This document shows, piece after piece, positions 52,376 to 64,000 of a stretch of DNA of 64,000 nucleotides. Position numbers and translations under genes: made by a program. How positions within the stretch are numbered: the first letter of the stretch is position 1; every line of letters starts with the position of its first letter. This stretch comes from Alphaproteobacteria bacterium. Its GTDB lineage: Bacteria > Pseudomonadota > Alphaproteobacteria > GCA-2731375. The stretch spans positions 352,001-416,000 of the forward strand of contig CBDDBZ010000039.1 of assembly GCA_965225945.1 (NCBI GenBank), read 5' to 3'. Under the pieces are notes generated by a model that saw nothing but the letters and a program-made list of their open reading frames with translations, ran no database searches and was not told the origin of the DNA.

Positions 52376-52762
52376 ATGAAGCCCCCCACCCCCTTCGCCT
52401 TGCTACTCCAACATTGCGGACTCTCTCATCGGGAGACCGCCGACTTTCTCATGACAAGCGTCGACGCCGTGAAGTCCTGGTCCTCCGGCCGCAACCGGCC
52501 GCCTGCTTTCGCGACGGGCAAACTGGCCGATCTCGCGCTAGGCATCGACGAAGAGGCCCGGGGCTGGTTCCACATGATCGAGGATGGCATCGACCCCGAC
52601 AACGTCACGCCGGACGTGATCGAGTTGGAGATTGCCCCTGACGACAATGAGGCTCGCAAGCACGGCAAGCCCTGTGCTGCGGTCGAGCGCGCGGTCCTGG
52701 CGCGCGTCGTCGCCTGGGGTATGTGGAAGGGACTGAATTTCCGAATTGTCCCGCGATTGTAG
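52376..52762 (+). CDS. Small HTH-containing hypothetical protein
   Basis: AGGAG RBS; GLSHRETADFLMTSVDAVKSWSSGRNRPP resembles an XRE-type HTH. Confidence 0.7.
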   Translation: MKPPTPFALLLQHCGLSHRETADFLMTSVDAVKSWSSGRNRPPAFATGKLADLALGIDEEARGWFHMIEDGIDPDNVTPDVIELEIAPDDNEARKHGKPCAAVERAVLARVVAWGMWKGLNFRIVPRL

Positions 52763-52913
52763 TCGCGGCGCTAGGGCCCCCGCGTGAGCCGGAGCAAGCC
52801 GGTGTCCGGCACCAGCGAGAATATTCTGGGTCACCCATTGGGCGTCTGTTTGCAAGAGCATGCATCTTCCCTTTCCTCCAGCGACGTGCCGGCAGGTAGT
52901 TTGGGTTTCCTAG

Positions 52914-54539
52914 CAGCCTGTCGGACTTGAGCCGAGGGGTGTGATCTGATTCGATGGCATCGATTGATTCGCCCGCGATTGATGGAGGCCGTGATGAGCA
53001 ACTTCCGAGCGGTGGACCGCGAGACGGGGTTTCTGCTGCCGCCGTCGGTGGATGAATGGCTTCCCGAGCGGCATCTGGCGCGCTTCGTGGTCGAGGTGAT
53101 CGAGCAGTTGGACCTCTCGGCGTTCGTGAAGGCCTATCGCGGCTCGGGCTCGGCGTCCTATCACCCGAGCGTGCTGCTGGGGCTTCTGGTCTACGGCTAC
53201 GCCACGGGAGTGTTTTTTAGCCGCAAGCTGGAGCGCGCGAGCTATGATTCGGTGGCCTTCCGCTTCATCGCCGCCAACGACCATCCCGACCACGACACCA
53301 TCGCCAGCTTCCGGCGGCGCTTTCTCGTTTCGATCGAAGGGCTGTTCGTCGAGGTGCTGCTGCTGGCTCGGGAAACCGGGCTGCTGAAGCTGGGCACGGT
53401 GGCGCTGGACGGCACCAAGGTGCATGCCAACGCGAGCCGCCACAGTGCCTTGTCGTGGAAACACGCCTGCGAGATCGAAGCCCGGTTGAAGGCCGAGGTG
53501 GTGGAACTGATGAGGCTGGCGGAGGCGGCCGATGCGGCGGATGTGCCGGACGGGATGTCGGTACCGGAAGAACTGGCCCGGCGCGAGGATCGTCTGGCCC
53601 GCATCGCCGAGGCCAAGGCGGCGATCGAGGCGCGGGCGCGCGAACGCCATGAGCGGGAGCGGGCCGAGTACGAGGCGAAGCTCTAGGCGCGCGCGGAGAA
53701 GGCCGAGAAGACGGGCCGCAAGCCGGGCGGCCGTCCGCCCAAGCCGCCGGTGGCCGGGCCCGGGCCGAAGGACCAAGTCAATCTGACGGACGCGGACTCG
53801 CGCATCATGCCGGTGGCCGGCGGTGGCTTCGAACAGTCTTACAACGCCCAGGCCACGGTGGCGGTCGACAGCCTGCTGGTGGTCACCAACGATGTGGTCC
53901 AGGCCCCCAACGACAAGCAACACATCGAGCCGGCGCTGGAAGCGCTCGAGCGGCTCTCCGAGGCGCTGGGCGCGCCCGAGACCCTGCTGGCGGACAGCGG
54001 CTACTTCAGCGAGGCCAACGTGAAGGCCTGCGCCGAGGCCGGGATCGCGCCGCTGATCGCGCCCGCTCGGGAGCACCATCATCTCTCCTGGAAGGACCGC
54101 TTCGCCGGAGCACCGCCGCCCCCGGAGAACCCGACGCCGCTGGAAGCGATGCGCCATCGACTGGCCTCGCCCGAGGGCCGGCAACTCTACGCCCTGCGCA
54201 AGCAAACGCCGGAACCGGTGTTCGGCATCATCAAATCGGTGATGGGCTTCCGCCAGTTCTCGCTACGCGGCCTGGACAAGGTCAGGGGCGAATGGAACTT
54301 GGTGACCCTGGCTTGGAACATCAAAAGAATGTTCACCCTGCAATACGCGTGAGCAAGCGGCCGTGAGCAAAGCGGCAACTCCGTGTCCTCGCGAAAGGGC
54401 CTAAAGTGTATGCTCGCCTCGCGATACACGCGAGCAAGCGGCCGGACGCCATGTCCTCACGAAAGATGCCCGAACCCATGACCTCTCCACATCCCGATCC
54501 GTCCACACCCCTTCTCGCGGACCTCAGTCCGACAGGCTG
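52914..54539 (+). mobile_element. IS1182-family element (transposase about 52993..54352 with TAG at 53684-53686)
   Basis: TIR CAGCCTGTCGGACT / AGTCCGACAGGCTG, flanked by CTAG on both sides; PDHDTIASFRR, LDGTKVHANAS, ADSGY, PEPVFGIIK. Confidence 0.93.
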
Positions 54540-54896
54540 CTAGCTCCCTCGATGCGGCGTGGCATGGTGGGTTTCTTCAAGTTTGGTGTCGGCTGATGAA
54601 GCGCGCACCAGTCACCCATCAGGATCAAGACCGTTCCCCCGCTTGGCGCGCCGCCGCTCGAGGGAGGGCCCCTGGCGCCCCAGAAATCCTCTTGTGCCAT
54701 GCCGTCTCCAATGGATCTCACGCACCAGGGGTCCACGCACCAGGGGGCAGGTCTTGCTTCTTGCAATGGTGCCCCAAAACACCTGATCGGGGTCGTGCTC
54801 GTCACGCAGCCGGTGCCCTGTCGGACGACTCGCGCGCGGCCCTCGTGACAACCCAATGGACCCAACCGTCGCCGGCCGGGCCTCGTCAAAAAAAAT

Positions 54897-55925
54897 CCTG
54901 ATTACGCACTTTACTCAGCCGGATTGATGTGGTACAAATCGTGAACAAATGGCGTTTTTTCAGGGGGTTCACAATGCCACGCAACAAGGTTCAGTTCCAG
55001 AAGGGGCTCAGCGAGCCGCGTTTTCGTGAGTTGTACGGTACCGAGGAGCAGTGTCGCGAGGCCCTGTTCCGCTGGCGCTGGCCGGAGGGCTTCGCCTGCC
55101 CCGATGTGGCGCCACGCGCCATTGCGAGATCGCCGGGCGAAAACTCTACCAATGCGCCGCCTGCCGTCATCAAGTTTCGCTGACCGCCGGCACGCTCTTC
55201 GACGCGACCAAGCTGGCGCTGACCCTGTGGTTCTCGGCGATCTATCACATGACCCAATCGAAGAAAGGGATCTCCTCCCTCGAACTCGGCCGGCGGCTCG
55301 GCGTCACCCAGACCACGGCCTGGAAGATCAAGCAGAAACTGATGCAGTCCATGCTCGAGCGCGATGCCAAATTGCCGCTCACCGGGCGGGTGGAGATGGA
55401 CGATGCCTACCTCGGCGGCCGCCGTTCCGGGGCCAAGCGCGGCCGGGGCGCGCCGGGCAAGACGCCGTTCGTCGCCGCCGTCCAGACCACGGCGGAGGGC
55501 CAGCCCGTGCGCATCAAGCTGCGCCGCGTCAAGGGCTTCCGCAAGAGCGAGATCGCCAAGATGGCCAAGCGCGACCTGAGCCCTGGGGCGACCGTTTTCA
55601 GCGACGGGCTCAACTGCTTCACCGCCGTCACCACGCGGGGCTGTGCGCATCATCCGATATCCACCGGCTCCGGACCCGGGGCCGTCGCCGTGCCCGCCTT
55701 CAAATGGGTCAACACCACCCTCGGCAACCTCAAAAACACCCTGCGCGGTACCTACCATGCGATCCGACCCAAGCATGTGCCGCGCTAACTGGCGGCGTTC
55801 CAGTACCGATACAACCGCCGCTACCGGCTCGCCGACATGATCGAAGCCCTCGGCCGCGATGCCCTGCGCACGCCGCCCATGCCATATCGGCTCCTGAAAT
55901 TGGCTGAGGTTAGTGCGTAATCAGG
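54897..55925 (+). mobile_element. IS1595-family element, copy 2 (transposase 54974..55920 frameshifted, plus TAA at 55786-55788)
   Basis: Same TIRs as copy 1; flanks share AAAAAAT; one C missing near 55100; TAT->TAA relative to copy 1. Confidence 0.95.
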
Positions 55926-55933
55926 AAAAAATT

Positions 55934-56010
55934 TGGTGGGCCCGGCAGGGCTCGAACCTGCAACCAGACCGTTATGAGCGGCCGGCTCTAACCAGTTGAG
56001 CTACGGGCCC
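55934..56010 (-). tRNA. tRNA with CAT anticodon, probably tRNA-Ile2
   Basis: GGGCCCGTAGCTCAACTGGTTAGAGCCGGCCGCT-CAT-AACGGTCTGGTTGCAGGTTCGAGCCCTGCCGGGCCCACCA; cloverleaf with encoded CCA; downstream of rpoD. Confidence 0.93.
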
Positions 56011-56038
56011 CGAGGCGCGAGCGGTCCGGAGGCGAGCC

Positions 56039-57961
<1,923 letters not shown>

Positions 57962-58061
57962 TCGCCACATCGCTCCCCGATCGCGCCACGAGACGCCGTG
58001 TCCCGCGTGCTCTACCCCGCCCGATCCACAACCGCCGACGCCGGCTAGGGCGTCGGCGTAG

Positions 58062-59885
58062 CTATGCTACGCCGCGACGCGCCTTGTCGAGTTCCGTGCG
58101 CACCGCGTTCAGCCGCGCCAGATTGCCATCCGTCATTTCGTCACCGTACGCCACCACCGCCGTCCGTAGATCCGCCTCCAGATCTTTCAGCCGATGACCG
58201 CGACAGGCATCGAGCCAACCCTGTCGGGCCACCTCTCGCTCGGCGTCCGAGTACGCGAAGGAGGGAAATCGCACGCCGCCCCCACCGGTCAGCGCGTCGA
58301 TCGCGTCCGCCACGTCCTGGTCGCTCAGATTGTGCCGAAGATGCTCCACATCAAGGGTCCGCGCCATCGCGAGAGTTTCTATGATCAGCCCATGAAGCCT
58401 GTCAAGCGCGGGCGCCCGGAAGGTCAGCTCGGCGAAGGCTTCGAAGAACTCCGGTTCCTCCAACAGATCCGGGTGATTGAGCGGGACCGCCAGCAGCAGC
58501 GGCTCGCGCCGAACCTCGCCCTGCTCGAGATCGTAGCGCCGCGCGAGCGGCCGATCGTCGCGCCAGAACGAAGCCGCGCGAGCCGGCCTGCGCCCGTCTT
58601 CGGCCGGCCGGCGTCGGCCGGCGCCGAAGAGGCGGTCGACGGCGTGGCGAAAGTGCGCGCGGTAATAAACCTTGACCGTCTCGTCCTGGATCTGGCCGGC
58701 GAGACGGCCGAGGTCGCGGCGCAGCCCCGCGCGGCGCTCGGGCGTGTCGAAATTGCGGCCCTCCAGCGCGCCTTCCCAGAGGACCTCGACCAGCGGCCGG
58801 GGGCTGGCCAGCATCTCGCGAAGCGCGGCCCGGCCGCGGCGCGCCAGCAGACTGTCCGGATCCTCGCCCGGCGGCAGGGTGACAAAGCCGAGCGAGCGGC
58901 CGGGCCGAAGCTGCTCCAAGGCCCGCTCCGCCGCGCGGCGGGCCGCCCGGGCGCCGGCCGCGTCGCCGTCGAAACAGAGCACCGGCTCCGGCGCCAGGCG
59001 CCAAAGCTCGGCGAGCTGCGACTCGGTGAGCGCGGTGCCGAGGGGGGCGACCGCGTGGTCGACGCCGGCCCGCGCCAGGGCGATGACGTCCATATAGCCC
59101 TCGGCCACCACCACCGTGCCGGCTTGGTGCGCGGCCTCGCGGGCCGGCGCGAGGTTGTAGAGCGTGCGGCCCTTGTCGAACAGCGGGCTCTCGGGCGAGT
59201 TCAGATATTTGGCCCGCGCCTCGCCCAGCGCCCGGCCGCCGAAGGCGATCACCTGGCCGCGCCGATCGGCAATCGGGAAGATGATCCGGTCGCGGAAGAA
59301 ATCGTAGCTCTCCCCTCCGTCGTCCGGCCGGCCGACCAGCCCCGTCTCGATCAGCCCCGCCTCGGCCCGGCCCCGCGCCAGGAACGCCGTTTTCAGCCGC
59401 TCGCCGCCGGCGGGCGCGTAGCCGAGGCGGAAGCGGGCGATGGTCTCGCCGTCGAGGCCGCGGCCGGCGAGATAGGCGCGGGCCTCGGCCCCCGCCTCTC
59501 CGGCGAGCTGGTGCTCGAACCACTCCGCCGCCTGGCCCAGGAGTTCGCCCAGGCTCTCCCGGGCGTCGCGTCGCGCATCGGCCTCGGGATCGGGGGCCGG
59601 CGGGACCATTCCGACGCTCGCCGAGAGCCGCTCCACCGCCTCGGGAAAGCTCGTGCCCTCGGTTCCCATCACGAAGTCGATGGCGCTGCCGTGCGCGCCG
59701 CAGCCGAAGCAGTGATAGAAGCCCTTGGCTTCGTTGACCGTGAACGACGGCGTCTTCTCGTCGTGGAAGGGACAGAGGCCGGACCACTCGCGGCCCCGGC
59801 GGCGCAACTTGACACGGCGCGCGATCAGGTCCGCCAGACCGATGCGGTCCTTGAGTTCGTCGAGATAACCTGGATCGAAGGCCAT
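58062..59885 (-). CDS. dnaG: DNA primase
   Basis: [11 protein letters not shown]...CFGC zinc finger, KYLNSPE, EGYMDV, FDGDAAG, DPDS. Confidence 0.97.
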   Translation of the reverse strand: MAFDPGYLDELKDRIGLADLIARRVKLRRRGREWSGLCPFHDEKTPSFTVNEAKGFYHCFGCGAHGSAIDFVMGTEGTSFPEAVERLSASVGMVPPAPDPEADARRDARESLGELLGQAAEWFEHQLAGEAGAEARAYLAGRGLDGETIARFRLGYAPAGGERLKTAFLARGRAEAGLIETGLVGRPDDGGESYDFFRDRIIFPIADRRGQVIAFGGRALGEARAKYLNSPESPLFDKGRTLYNLAPAREAAHQAGTVVVAEGYMDVIALARAGVDHAVAPLGTALTESQLAELWRLAPEPVLCFDGDAAGARAARRAAERALEQLRPGRSLGFVTLPPGEDPDSLLARRGRAALREMLASPRPLVEVLWEGALEGRNFDTPERRAGLRRDLGRLAGQIQDETVKVYYRAHFRHAVDRLFGAGRRRPAEDGRRPARAASFWRDDRPLARRYDLEQGEVRREPLLLAVPLNHPDLLEEPEFFEAFAELTFRAPALDRLHGLIIETLAMARTLDVEHLRHNLSDQDVADAIDALTGGGGVRFPSFAYSDAEREVARQGWLDACRGHRLKDLEADLRTAVVAYGDEMTDGNLARLNAVRTELDKARRGVA

Positions 59886-60227
59886 GCCGCCACCCCGCCG
59901 CGCCGGCGCCGGCGAATGGCGCCGATTCGCGAGCAAGGTATTTTATGCCAACCGCCACGGGACACGACTCTTTCATGCTGGCTGCGGCCTGGACGGCTAG
60001 TATGACCTGCCGGCCCTGGCGGATCGGCGCAATCACTTCGTCGCGGACCCGGATCGTTCCGGCGGCGGAGTCTCGGGCAGACCGGCTGCTCGAAGCGCCG
60101 CCAGGAATTTGGCCTGCTGCGCCGGCCTGGCGTGGAGATGGATCCTGGCTGCCGCTTGCAAGCTAAAACGCGGCACCGCGCTCCGCAACGCCTCCACCGT
60201 GACACGCGCCAGCCCGGCGGGGCGGGA

Positions 60228-62099
60228 TCAGCGGCGGAGCGGTATGCGGGCGAGGCCCCGTCGCGGGGCGCCGTCGTCGCTGTCGAACAGCTCCGCCAGC
60301 TTCTCCATCATCGCGCCGCCGAGCTGTTCGGCGTCGACGATGGTGACGGCGCGGCGATAGTAGCGGGTCACGTCGTGGCCGATGCCGATGGCGATCAGCT
60401 CCACCGGCGAGGCGCTCTCGATCCACTCGATGACCTGGCGGAGATGCTTCTCCAGGTAGTTGCCGGCGTTGACTGAGAGCGTGCTGTCGTCGACCGGCGC
60501 GCCGTCGGAGATCACCATCAGGATGCGGCGCTGCTCGGTCCGGGCCAGCAGGCGCTCATGCGCCCAGAGCAGCGCCTCGCCGTCGATATTCTCCTTCAGT
60601 AGCCCCTCGCGCATCATCAGGCCGAGGGCGCGCCGGGCGCGCCGCCAGGGGGCGTCGGCCGGCTTGTAGATGATGTGGCGCAGGTCGTTGAGGCGGCCCG
60701 GGTTGGCCGGCTTGCCCTCGCGCAGCCAACGCTCCCGGCTCTGCCCGCCCTTCCAGGCCCGGGTGGTGAAGCCCAGGATCTCGACCTTGACGGCGCAACG
60801 TTCGAGCGTGCGGGCCAGGATGTCGGCGCACATCGCCGCCACCGTGATCGGGCGCCCGCGCATCGAGCCGGAGTTGTCCAACAGCAGGGTGACGACGGTG
60901 TCGCGGAAGTCGGTGTCCCGCTCCATCTTGAAGGAGAGCGGGTTCATCGGATCGACCACGACGCGGGCGAGCTTGCCGGCGTCCAGCAGGCCTTCTTCCA
61001 GATCGAACTCCCAGGAGCGGTTCTGCTTCGCCATCAGGCGGCGTTGCAGGCGGTTGGCGAGGCGCGCGACCGCGCCCTGCAGATGGTGCAGTTGCTGATC
61101 GAGATAGAGCCGAAGCCGGCCGAGCTCCTCCAAATCGCAGAGCTCGGCGGCGTCGATCACCTCGTCGCAGTCGGCGCAAAAGGCGTGATAGGGCGGCTCG
61201 TTGTGGCCGGGCAGGCCATCGCCGGGGCGCCACTGGCGGCGGCCGCGGCCGGGGTCCTCGCTCCCCATGCTGGTCATCGATTCGTCGGCGTCCATGGCAT
61301 CGGCATCGGCCGAGTCGTCGGCCTGGCCGTCCATCGAATCGGCGTGCCGCGACTCGCCGTCGTCCGCGCCGCCCTCGGCGCCCTCGCCTTCGCCCTCGCC
61401 GCCAGCTTCCGGCTGCTGCTCGGGGTCGGCGTCGGGATTGTCCTCGTAGTCGTCCGATTCCTCGTAGTCGTCCTCGCCGATGTCGAGGTCGGCGATCAAC
61501 TTGCGGGTGAGGCGCGCGAAGCTCGCCTGGTCGCGGATATAGGTGCCGATCTGGTCCAGTTCCTCGCCGGCGTGGCTCTCGATGAACTCGCGCAGCCCAT
61601 CGACCATCGCCTCGGCATCGCTCGGCGGCGTCTTGCCGGTCAGCCGCTCGCGCACCAGCATGGCGACGACCTCCGGCAGCAGGGCCTCGCCCGGATCGGT
61701 GATCGAGCCATAGCCTCGGGCCCGGCAGCGCTCTTCCAGAAGTGCGTCGAGGTTGCTCGAGACACCACGCATCCGATTGGCGCCGATCGCCTCGACCCTA
61801 GCCTGCTCCGCCGCCTCGAACACGGCACGCGGGATCGCCGAGCGCGGGCGAAACCGACTATGCAGACGATCGTCGTGATGGCGGGTCCAGAGCGCCAACG
61901 CGTCCCCGGCGCCGCGCACCTGCGCCACTTCATGGGCGGGAAGTGCGCGCGAGGGCAGCGGCAGACGGGTCTGCCCGCTCCGCCCGGCGGCGCCTTCCGC
62001 GCCGAAGCTGACTTCCAACTCGGAATCGGCCGCGATCGCGCGGACCGTGGCGGTGACCGCCCGCTTGAAGGGCTCGACGGGGCTTTCCGGCGTGCTCAT
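60228..62099 (-). CDS. cobT: Cobaltochelatase subunit CobT
   Basis: EQARVEAIG, acidic linker, v[33 protein letters not shown]. Confidence 0.93.
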   Translation of the reverse strand: MSTPESPVEPFKRAVTATVRAIAADSELEVSFGAEGAAGRSGQTRLPLPSRALPAHEVAQVRGAGDALALWTRHHDDRLHSRFRPRSAIPRAVFEAAEQARVEAIGANRMRGVSSNLDALLEERCRARGYGSITDPGEALLPEVVAMLVRERLTGKTPPSDAEAMVDGLREFIESHAGEELDQIGTYIRDQASFARLTRKLIADLDIGEDDYEESDDYEDNPDADPEQQPEAGGEGEGEGAEGGADDGESRHADSMDGQADDSADADAMDADESMTSMGSEDPGRGRRQWRPGDGLPGHNEPPYHAFCADCDEVIDAAELCDLEELGRLRLYLDQQLHHLQGAVARLANRLQRRLMAKQNRSWEFDLEEGLLDAGKLARVVVDPMNPLSFKMERDTDFRDTVVTLLLDNSGSMRGRPITVAAMCADILARTLERCAVKVEILGFTTRAWKGGQSRERWLREGKPANPGRLNDLRHIIYKPADAPWRRARRALGLMMREGLLKENIDGEALLWAHERLLARTEQRRILMVISDGAPVDDSTLSVNAGNYLEKHLRQVIEWIESASPVELIAIGIGHDVTRYYRRAVTIVDAEQLGGAMMEKLAELFDSDDGAPRRGLARIPLRR

Positions 62100-62108
62100 C
62101 GCCCGCAG

Positions 62109-63128
62109 TCAGACCAGATCGGCCCGGGCGGCCGATTCCGGCAGCTCCTCTCCGAGACAGCGCTGGTAGTATTCGGCGATGATCGAGCGCTCCACCTCGT
62201 CGCAACGATTGAGGAAGCTCAAACGGAAACCAAAGCCGATGTCGTCGAAGATCTCCGCGTTCTGGGCCCAGGTCAGCACGGTCCTCGGCGACATCACGGT
62301 AGAAATGTCGCCGTTCATGAAACCGGAGCGGGTCAGTTCGGCGACCGCGACCATCGCCTCGACGGTCTTGCGGCCCTTCTCGGTGTCGTAGTTCTTGGCC
62401 TTGGCCAGGACGATCTCCTGCTCCATGCCCGCCGGCAGGTAGTTGAGCGTGGTGACGATGTTCCAGCGGTCCATCTGGCCCTGGTTGATCTGCTGGGTGC
62501 CGTGATAGAGCCCGGTGGTGTCGCCGAGGCCGACGGTGTTGGTGGTGGAGAACAGGCGGAACGAGGGATGCGGCCGGATCACCCGGTTCTGATCCAACAG
62601 CGTGAGCTTGCCCTCGACCTCCAGAATCCGCTGGATCACGAACATCACGTCGGCGCGGCCGGCGTCATACTCGTCGAACACCAGGGCACAGGCGTGTTGC
62701 ACGGCCCAGGGCAGGATGCCCTCGCGAAACTCCGTCACCTGCTTGCCGTCCTTCAGGACGATGGCGTCCTTGCCGATCAGGTCGATCCGGCTGATGTGAC
62801 TGTCCAGGTTGACGCGGATGCAGGGCCAGTTGAGGTGATGGGCGACTTGTTCGATATGGGTCGACTTGCCGGTCCCGTGATAGCCCTGGATCATGACCCG
62901 GCGGTTGTAGGCGAAGCCGGCGAGAATGGCGAGGGTGGTGTCACGGTCGAAACAATAGTCTTCGTCGTGGTCCGGGACCAGTTGCGAAGGCTGGGAGAAC
63001 GCCGGCACGACCATGTTGCTGTCGATGCCGAAGGTCTCGCCGACGTTCACCGTGGTGTCGGGGACATCGGTGTCGGGGACATCCAAAGTTTGCGCCGTCC
63101 GCGCGTCCGCGGCCAAAATCGCCGTCAT
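62109..63128 (-). CDS. cobS: Cobaltochelatase subunit CobS (AAA+)
   Basis: [32 protein letters not shown]. Confidence 0.95.
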   Translation of the reverse strand: MTAILAADARTAQTLDVPDTDVPDTTVNVGETFGIDSNMVVPAFSQPSQLVPDHDEDYCFDRDTTLAILAGFAYNRRVMIQGYHGTGKSTHIEQVAHHLNWPCIRVNLDSHISRIDLIGKDAIVLKDGKQVTEFREGILPWAVQHACALVFDEYDAGRADVMFVIQRILEVEGKLTLLDQNRVIRPHPSFRLFSTTNTVGLGDTTGLYHGTQQINQGQMDRWNIVTTLNYLPAGMEQEIVLAKAKNYDTEKGRKTVEAMVAVAELTRSGFMNGDISTVMSPRTVLTWAQNAEIFDDIGFGFRLSFLNRCDEVERSIIAEYYQRCLGEELPESAARADLV

Positions 63129-63177
63129 GTAACTCGTCCTGCTCCAAGATTTTCGTGAAGTGAGCGCGGATCCGCAC

Positions 63178-63750
63178 TCACGAGACGCCGTCCGATACCA
63201 AGAAGTTGTAAGCCTCGTTGATCGACTTGAAACGCTCTTCAGCCGAGGTATCGCCACCGGTAGCGTCGGGGTGAAACCGTTTGACCAGTTGCTTATACCG
63301 CATTTTGATCTGTTGCAAGTCGACGCTGGGCTCCAGGTCCAGCGTGGCCAACGCGCGCAGCCGCGCGGCCGAGACCCCGTTGCGGTCGTCTTCGCCGGGT
63401 TCGGCCCCGCCCCGGGCGAAAAAGCCGAACGGATCGCGCGGCAGACGGCCCATCGCGGTGCCAGGGCCGGAACCGAGTCGCCAAGTCGGCCGGTGCCCGA
63501 TCACCGCGTCGCGGCGAAAGCGTTCGATCTCGGCCTCGCTCATGCCGCGAAAATAGTCCCACGACGCGTTGTAGGCGCGGACGTGATCGAGACAGAACCA
63601 GTAGAAGCCGCCGTTCTCGCCCCGCTTGCGGGGCGCGCGAAACTCACCCGCCTGCTCGCAGCTCGGATGCTCGCAAGCGCGCATGCCGTGACCGACCGTC
63701 TCGGATTCGGCCACGCGGGCCAGGGGGATTTCGCGACCACGCTTGCGCAT
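63178..63750 (-). CDS. DnaJ (J-domain) protein
   Basis: [29 protein letters not shown]; usual position upstream of cobS. Confidence 0.92.
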   Translation of the reverse strand: MRKRGREIPLARVAESETVGHGMRACEHPSCEQAGEFRAPRKRGENGGFYWFCLDHVRAYNASWDYFRGMSEAEIERFRRDAVIGHRPTWRLGSGPGTAMGRLPRDPFGFFARGGAEPGEDDRNGVSAARLRALATLDLEPSVDLQQIKMRYKQLVKRFHPDATGGDTSAEERFKSINEAYNFLVSDGVS

Positions 63751-64000
63751 CCCGGAAGTATGGATACAGGCCGATGTCGGCGCAACCGCGCGCACCACCC
63801 GAGCCGACCGCGGAAGCCGATCGCTCCGCCGTGACCGCCGAACTGGAGAATAGCCTGCTCACGTATAGAGATGTATCGGCTCTCTTGACTCTACTAAAAG
63901 TTACAATAATATCAAGATATAAATATTTTTTTGAATAATGACCCGATGGGCCATGTGACTGAAGCAAGCGCGGCATCGATGAGCAGCCTGGTATGCCGCA

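Larger units (their letters stand above)
51125..54765. repeat. 18-bp perfect inverted repeat pair bounding a 3.6-kb segment
   Basis: TGCAAGAAGCAAGACCTG (51125-51142) and CAGGTCTTGCTTCTTGCA (54748-54765). Confidence 0.85.

Noticed and set aside
17459-55788. Stop-codon reassignment suggested by several in-frame TAG/TAA codons
   Set aside because: The stops replace different residues (Gln in hutU; Tyr in IS1595 copy 2 and probably Sel1), some occur alongside frameshifts, and TAG/TAA terminate normal genes here (mlaC, dnaQ)
51184-55925. Composite transposon formed by the two direct IS1595 copies
   Set aside because: Each copy has its own flanking duplication (AAATCAAA versus AAAAAAT), indicating independent insertions
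49900-55934. Integrase-type island with att duplication of the tRNA 3' end
   Set aside because: No integrase seen, and no second copy of the tRNA 3' end found by eye

Overview
GC-rich alphaproteobacterial (Rhodospirillales-like) chromosomal segment. Housekeeping blocks: maf-aroE-coaE-dnaQ, carA/yqeY, an ArsR-methyltransferase (SahR-like) regulator with metF-metH, mlaA-mlaC, dnaJ-domain-cobS-cobT, and dnaG-rpoD-tRNA(CAT). Accessory loci: copA-cueR with a 19-bp-spacer MerR-type promoter; an ECF sigma factor followed by a zinc anti-sigma/TM/degenerate vWA protein, a large modular membrane-anchored protein and a Sel1 protein; an MCE/Mla transporter with a degenerate ATPase; amide/heterocycle catabolic genes next to a PHO-box-like array; and hydantoinase A/B. 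A ~6-kb island next to the tRNA (about 49.9-55.9 kb) carries two IS1595 copies, one IS1182, a small HTH gene, two covarying inverted hairpin elements, and GGGGTC/GACCCC-type inverted repeats with 15-bp tandem duplications. Many accessory genes carry nonsense, frameshift or stop-loss lesions while core genes look intact, suggesting early genome erosion (assembly error not excluded). All product calls come from motif recognition; no database searches were run.
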